Assembly: GCF_003231495.1 (NCBI RefSeq)
Contig: NZ_PQWO01000001.1
Span: forward strand, 450,001 to 482,000
Direction of reading: 5' to 3'
DNA: 32,000 bases
Source of the DNA: Acaryochloris thomasi RCC1774
Lineage (GTDB): Bacteria > Cyanobacteriota > Cyanobacteriia > Thermosynechococcales > Thermosynechococcaceae
The notes under the pieces were generated by a model, which made no database searches, was not told the DNA's origin, and worked only from the letters and a program-made list of their open reading frames with translations. Position numbers and translations under genes: made by a program. Shown here piece by piece: positions 27,476-32,000 of this stretch (positions are counted from its first letter, which is position 1; each line of letters opens with the position of its first letter).

Positions 27476-28756
27476 ATGATTGAACCCATCAGCCCCTTTG
27501 CCCAGATTAAGCAAAAAGCCGCTTCACTATTGCTCTATCAGGCCATTTTACAGACGGGGCCAGGGTTAGCCTTTATCGAATTACTTTCAGCCTTAGAGCA
27601 GCAAGAAGTGGGAGGAATCTCCACACAGGAAATCTGTCTGCGTGCCTACTGTGACTGGTACTATGCCGTCGTCAAAGACTATCCTGGATGGCTGAACTAC
27701 GGTCTTCAACAGATTCTCTGGGCCGAAAATCCCCTAACGCTGCAGATGCAGGCTGCCGATTTGACCCAGCTTCCTTCGGCTTTAATCACCGCAGCTCAGC
27801 ATGATTTGCGTCTGCTGCAGCAGTTATTTGCAGATCCAGAACAGCAACTTCAGCAAGCACTCGAAAAACAATTGGGGAATCTGGTGCCAATGGTGCCTTG
27901 GGGCAATCTTGGCGCTGAAACACCCTTTGAGACGGTGACAGATTGGGCAGAGGCACTGCCCACGCTCGCACAGCACTACCGACGGTACGGTACAGGACTG
28001 TTTGCCCAGTATCGAGCTTTTCAGTGGCGAGGGCAGCAGTTAGTGGGGCTAACGGAGCCTGATGCAGTGTCTATGACGCAGTTGGTGGGTTATGAAACCC
28101 AGCGCGATCGGCTAGTGCAGAATACAGAGGCGCTACTGGCGGGCAAACCCGCTCTCAATGTTTTGCTTTACGGTAGTCGAGGCTCGGGTAAGTCGGCCCT
28201 AATCAAGTCTCTGTTAACGGAGTATGGAGACCGCAATCTGCGACTCATCGAGCTAGGAAAGTCTGATCTGCCATCTTTGCCCCAGATTCTGCACCAGATT
28301 CGGTCACGGCCCCAGAAGTTCATTATTTTTGTTGATGATCTGTCCTTTGAGGCCGATGAAAGAATCTACAAAGCCCTCAAGGTTGTCTTAGAAGGGAACC
28401 TGACGGCTCGGCCCACCAATGTTGTGGTTTATGCCACCTCAAATCGTCGCCACCTGATTCGGGAATTCTTTGGCGATCGCCCTCGTCCCAGTGATGCTGA
28501 TGAAATTCATAACTGGGATACGGTGCAGGAAAAACTGTCGCTTTGCGATCGCTTTGGCTTGACCCTCACTTTTGAACCTGCAGACCAAGAGACCTATCTT
28601 CAAATTGTCCATCACTTAGCTCAGCAGGCAGACTTGAACTTAGCAAGCGATGATTTAGACTTCCGGGCACTGCAGTGGGCCACCCGCCAAAATGGGCGAT
28701 CAGGTAGAACCGCCCGCCAATTTGTCGATTTTCTCCAGACGATTGATTTATCATGA
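27476..28756 (+). CDS. DUF815-family AAA-type ATPase
   Basis: Walker A is LLYGSRGSGKSALIKS and Walker B is FIIFVDDLSFE. YATSNRRHLI is typical of DUF815 / COG2607. An N-terminal extension of about 190 aa has no family I can assign. Confidence 0.8.
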   Translation: MIEPISPFAQIKQKAASLLLYQAILQTGPGLAFIELLSALEQQEVGGISTQEICLRAYCDWYYAVVKDYPGWLNYGLQQILWAENPLTLQMQAADLTQLPSALITAAQHDLRLLQQLFADPEQQLQQALEKQLGNLVPMVPWGNLGAETPFETVTDWAEALPTLAQHYRRYGTGLFAQYRAFQWRGQQLVGLTEPDAVSMTQLVGYETQRDRLVQNTEALLAGKPALNVLLYGSRGSGKSALIKSLLTEYGDRNLRLIELGKSDLPSLPQILHQIRSRPQKFIIFVDDLSFEADERIYKALKVVLEGNLTARPTNVVVYATSNRRHLIREFFGDRPRPSDADEIHNWDTVQEKLSLCDRFGLTLTFEPADQETYLQIVHHLAQQADLNLASDDLDFRALQWATRQNGRSGRTARQFVDFLQTIDLS

Positions 28757-28781
28757 AGACCCCTTAGCAACTCGATTGTTC

Positions 28782-29270
28782 ATGCCAAGCTTAGAAGCGT
28801 ATCCCGGCAAGCCGCGCCCCCTGTGGAAAGTTATCCTTTTTTCGATCACCACTGGCCTTGCCTACTACGGATACTACAAGTGGACTATTCAAGAAGAGCT
28901 GCGACAGTATCAGGGAGAAGGCTGGTCTGGGGCGCGGTGTCTCGCCCCCTTTGGCATTGGTGTACTGCTGCCCCAAGCTCTGCGGCTCTGGGATCCAGAC
29001 GTGCCGGGGTGGTTTGGATGGTTCTCACTTCTGGGAGTTGTGTGGATCTATATTGTGCAGTTTCGGCTTTATCGCACCATCAATAAGCTTTATGCACAGG
29101 CTGAGCTACAGCCGCCGTTGCGGATATGGTGGCTGTTCGTTCCGGGCCTAAATTTACTGGTGGGCCTGAGACAAATCCATTTTCTCAGTGAGTACTGGGC
29201 CTATGTTGCAAAGGAAGATGTGACCGATCCGATTGCAACTCGTCTCCCATTCTTCTTTGGTCACCCCTGA
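28782..29270 (+). CDS. Polytopic membrane protein (possibly DUF4234-like)
   Basis: The ATG at 28782 is the first start clear of the DUF815 gene. The LFSITTGLAYYGYYKW motif and 3-4 hydrophobic helices are present. The family guess is weak. Confidence 0.45.
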   Translation: MPSLEAYPGKPRPLWKVILFSITTGLAYYGYYKWTIQEELRQYQGEGWSGARCLAPFGIGVLLPQALRLWDPDVPGWFGWFSLLGVVWIYIVQFRLYRTINKLYAQAELQPPLRIWWLFVPGLNLLVGLRQIHFLSEYWAYVAKEDVTDPIATRLPFFFGHP

Positions 29271-29305
29271 CGGTAGAAACGCTTGGGTGTCCATCCAGCG
29301 GAAGA

Positions 29306-30055
29306 TTAGGCATAGAGAACAGATGTCGAAAGAGTGCTGGATTTCTGCTGTTCTTGAGACTGGGTGCTTGCCATTTTCCCGGCCAGACCTAATGCCGTTG
29401 TAATGAGAACCGATACGAGCAAAATCTTAAGCCGGTGGTGAGCAATGAAGTCTTGAAGGTTGCCTTTCTTCGGCTCGATAGGATTCAAGTCAGGCTCTTC
29501 TTCGATCATCGTACTCTTAAAGTCTGGTTCAGGGGATGATGAGTTGTGTGGCGCATCAGATAAGCCTGTGGAGTCAGCATCTATATCGGCAACCAGTGTC
29601 GCGCGACTGTCGACTAAGTTCGACTTTTTGAGGCTGTGAAATTCGATCGATTCTAAGTACTGCGCAAATTCCGCTTCTTCCATGGTCACTGTTAAGTAAG
29701 ATGCCTGGATTTTGCGGCCTAGGCCGATGATGTCTCCGTTGACAAGCTCGTGCGAATTACAGCGCTGTTGATTAACAAACACGCCGTTGGCACTTGGCTG
29801 TCCGTTAGAGTCGCCATCAATGAGGCGATAGCGATAGCGATTCTCTCCGGGAATCGGTAAGCGAAGGAGAATCGCGTGCTTACGAGAGACGGTGACGGTG
29901 TCCAGTACGATGGCGTTAGAGGGATCTCGACCAATGGAATAGGCAGCTGCATCTAGTGAAATGGCGCGTCGGTTACCGTTATCGATCACCAGAACATGCC
30001 GTTCAGGCGCAATTTTTTTGCTTTTTTTTGCAGTAGAAGACGGAGATACAGTCAC
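29306..30055 (-). CDS. FHA-domain protein with a C-terminal transmembrane anchor
   Basis: YSIGRDPSNAIVLDTVTVSRKHAILL ... SANGVFVNQQR ... LVNGDIIGLG is a canonical FHA core. The C-terminal helix is ILLVSVLITTALGLAG. The start is GTG. Confidence 0.8.
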   Translation of the reverse strand: MTVSPSSTAKKSKKIAPERHVLVIDNGNRRAISLDAAAYSIGRDPSNAIVLDTVTVSRKHAILLRLPIPGENRYRYRLIDGDSNGQPSANGVFVNQQRCNSHELVNGDIIGLGRKIQASYLTVTMEEAEFAQYLESIEFHSLKKSNLVDSRATLVADIDADSTGLSDAPHNSSSPEPDFKSTMIEEEPDLNPIEPKKGNLQDFIAHHRLKILLVSVLITTALGLAGKMASTQSQEQQKSSTLSTSVLYA

Positions 30056-30319
30056 GGGATATATACCAAGGGTTCTCTTCTATTGAGGCATTAAAAATTA
30101 GGCGTGAGCGTGATGTCGATCACAAGTCACAAGACTCAGCTTTGCTGCAGCCGGATAGGGTTGAGCTAAGAGATATTTCCCAAGGCAGGCATGGATCTTA
30201 GCCGTTTTACGATTTTGACTCAATACGGATACTGCGATACCCCGAAGAGATTGGCAAAGATGAGTCTGCCGAGAATGTGAAATAATATATCCGAACTTCT
30301 TTTGCCCTGCTTCTACGCT

Positions 30320-30646
30320 ATGCCCAATACGTACACGGTAGAACTTCATCATGACGGTGAGGTGCATACGCTAGCTGTCCCAGAGGACCAAACGATTTTG
30401 AGAGCGGCCTATGCTGCAGATGTTGACCTGCCTAGCTCTTGCTGCGCGGGGGTTTGTACAACCTGTGCGGCTTTGATCCTGGGCGATGGCAAGGTTGCCC
30501 AAGATGATGCCATGGGTTTGGGACCCGAATTACTGGAAGATGGATATGCGCTGCTCTGTGTGGCGTATCCTCGGTCTGACCTAAAAGTTGAGACAGGTAA
30601 GGAAGCTGAGGTTTACGAGCGCCAGTTCGGGCAAACGCAATCTTAG
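30320..30646 (+). CDS. Plant-type [2Fe-2S] ferredoxin with a short C-terminal extension
   Basis: The cluster ligands are Cx4Cx2C (SCCAGVCTTC) plus a distal Cys in LLCVAYPRSD. After the usual ..EVY end the protein continues for about 11 residues (ERQFGQTQS). Confidence 0.9.
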   Translation: MPNTYTVELHHDGEVHTLAVPEDQTILRAAYAADVDLPSSCCAGVCTTCAALILGDGKVAQDDAMGLGPELLEDGYALLCVAYPRSDLKVETGKEAEVYERQFGQTQS

Positions 30647-30698
30647 CAATCTGTATCGGGTTCGCAGTAAAAGAATACTTATTGAGTTTGGAGGTCCA

Positions 30699-30863
30699 AT
30701 GACCACGCATTTTATTACGGCTGAAGTTGATCTGCAGGCCACTCAAGCGCTACCAGAAGCGATTGAAGCCCAACTCAAGGAGCAGGGAGAGCCTCTCCGA
30801 TGGGCGGTCACGGCGGTCAAGGACGAGAAGGCCCAAGTTGAAGCGGTTGTTTTAGCTGATTGA
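30699..30863 (+). CDS. 54-aa hypothetical protein, apparently translationally coupled to the downstream gene
   Basis: The ATG at 30699 is preceded by GGAGG (30690-30694). Its TGA stop (30861-30863) overlaps the TTG start of the next ORF (30860). No family was recognised. Confidence 0.5.
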   Translation: MTTHFITAEVDLQATQALPEAIEAQLKEQGEPLRWAVTAVKDEKAQVEAVVLAD

Positions 30864-31927
30864 TTAGCCGACGGACTGAGCAACCGTTCACTGTTGCCCT
30901 AGTCGTCCCAACGGGGATTGGGGCTGAGATTGGGGGCTATGCTGGGGATGCCCTACCGGTGGCGCGTGGGATTGCTTCGGTTTGCGATCGCATCATCACC
31001 CATCCCAATGTCATGAACGGGGCGCAGCTTTATTGGCCCATCGAAAACGCACTTTACGTCGAAGGCTATGGCCTCGATCAATATGCTGCGGGCAACTGGG
31101 GATTGAGACCTGTACGCAGCAACCGCGTGGGCCTAGTACTCGACCAAGGCATTGAACCTGACTTGCGTTTACGCCATCTTCAGGTTGCCGACGCCGCCCG
31201 CGCTACTCTAGGGCTACAGTTGACCGATGCAATTCTCACCGATGCGCCCCTCAACGTGACCCTGAAGACAGCGGCTTCGGGAGCAACCTGGGGAACCATT
31301 GAAAATCCGGATAGCCTACTGCGGGCGGTGGAGCGATCGATTAATGAACTGGGGGCAGATGCGATCGCCGTGGTCGCTCGCTTCCCCGACGACATTGAAG
31401 CCGAAGCACTCCAGAGCTATCGTCAGGGTCAAGGGGTTGACCCTCTTGCGGGTGCAGAAGCCGTCATTAGTCATTTAGTTGTGCGAACCTTTCAAATTCC
31501 CTGTGCCCATGCTCCAGCACTAGAGCCATTGCCTGTGGATCCACAGGTGAGTCCGCGTTCAGCAGCGGAGGAACTAGGCTATACGTTTCTGTCATCGGTT
31601 CTGGTGGGCCTGAGCCGTGCACCGCAGTTTGTTCAGCAGCGAGGAGCAGCGGACCTGTGGGCGGAAGGATTGGATGCGATCGTGGTACCTGAGACTGCTT
31701 GCGGAGGGAGTGCCATACTCAGCCTTAGTCAGAAACCGACTCGCATCATTGCCGTGAACAACCCGACTGCGTTGCAGGTCACGCCAGATGAATTGGGAAT
31801 TGAAGTGACCAAGGTGCGTTCATATTTAGAAGCGATGGGCGTTTTAGCTGCCCAGCGAGCAGGGCTAGATATCTCAGCCTTGACGCCTGCATTGGGTAAA
31901 GTTGCGTGCCTTACCTCGAATAATTAG
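30860..31927 (+). CDS. DUF3326-like conserved protein of unknown function
   Basis: The N-terminal glycine-rich block is ALVVPTGIGAEIGGYAGDALPVA, which I recall as DUF3326, a family found in cyanobacteria and plastid-bearing lineages. The TTG start is inferred because no ATG is available upstream of the conserved block. Confidence 0.55.
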   Translation: MISRRTEQPFTVALVVPTGIGAEIGGYAGDALPVARGIASVCDRIITHPNVMNGAQLYWPIENALYVEGYGLDQYAAGNWGLRPVRSNRVGLVLDQGIEPDLRLRHLQVADAARATLGLQLTDAILTDAPLNVTLKTAASGATWGTIENPDSLLRAVERSINELGADAIAVVARFPDDIEAEALQSYRQGQGVDPLAGAEAVISHLVVRTFQIPCAHAPALEPLPVDPQVSPRSAAEELGYTFLSSVLVGLSRAPQFVQQRGAADLWAEGLDAIVVPETACGGSAILSLSQKPTRIIAVNNPTALQVTPDELGIEVTKVRSYLEAMGVLAAQRAGLDISALTPALGKVACLTSNN

Positions 31928-32000
31928 GTACATAGCGGTATCTTGGCTATCTCCTCCTTTTGAGCTGTAAAACAACGAAATAGACAGCTCTGACGAGATA

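Noticed and set aside
28692-28781. Upstream extension of the membrane-protein ORF overlapping the DUF815 ATPase gene
   Set aside because: It overlaps the supported ATPase CDS out of frame. The hydrophobic protein begins sensibly at the ATG at 28782.
30109-30124. CRP/SyCRP-like site cGTGA-N6-TCACA between the FHA gene and the ferredoxin gene
   Set aside because: It matches 9 of 10 consensus positions, but a one-mismatch match to TGTGA-N6-TCACA is expected about once by chance in 32 kb. On its own it is not evidence of regulation.
30098-30367. 89-aa minus-strand ORF in the FHA-ferredoxin intergenic region
   Set aside because: It overlaps the ferredoxin start region in antisense, has a His/Arg/Lys-rich sequence with no family resemblance, and shows no RBS.

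Overview
This looks like a cyanobacterial chromosomal segment. The HIP1 octamer GCGATCGC is strongly over-represented, and the gene set is typical: phosphoribulokinase, an SLH-OprB porin, Nif11, DUF3747 and ComFB-type proteins. I call about 30 protein-coding genes, nearly all housekeeping or conserved hypothetical: a REC-PAS-GGDEF-EAL signalling protein (5' end outside the window), prk, a PPP-family phosphatase, folB, priA, a tandem-Nif11 protein, comM/yifB, rfbC, DUF2141, a SCO copper chaperone, leuB, a CPBP protease, an M16 peptidase pair, a DUF3747/SPOR-like protein, eno, gloA, a porin, ATP adenylyltransferase, DUF4870, a zinc-ribbon protein, a PGM1-like ATP-grasp protein, ComFB, a DUF815 ATPase, an FHA protein, and a ferredoxin followed by a small ORF and a DUF3326-like gene. 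I found no tRNA, rRNA, CRISPR array, transposase, integrase or recognisable defence island. The most unusual signal is non-coding. The two largest gene-free regions (17951-18645 and 26448-26954) each hold one copy of a paralogous element of about 80-130 nt. In a gapless alignment, 52 of 81 positions are identical. Both copies contain a hairpin whose stem carries one compensatory G-C to A-T change and whose loop is anti-Shine-Dalgarno-like (TCCTCACT / TCCTAACT). The loop region of copy A is a perfect 10-nt complement of the ribosome-binding region of the porin gene in this window. An 11-of-12 complement of both copies sits in the long leader upstream of comFB. This resembles the Yfr1 sRNA and porin mRNA relationship, but a small-ORF explanation cannot be excluded. 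Other second-look items are a candidate ferredoxin / 54-aa / DUF3326-like operon, a four-gene envelope and protease cluster, an orphan PGM1-like ligase, and a tandem Nif11 protein. All calls come from reading the sequence and recalling family signatures. No searches were run.
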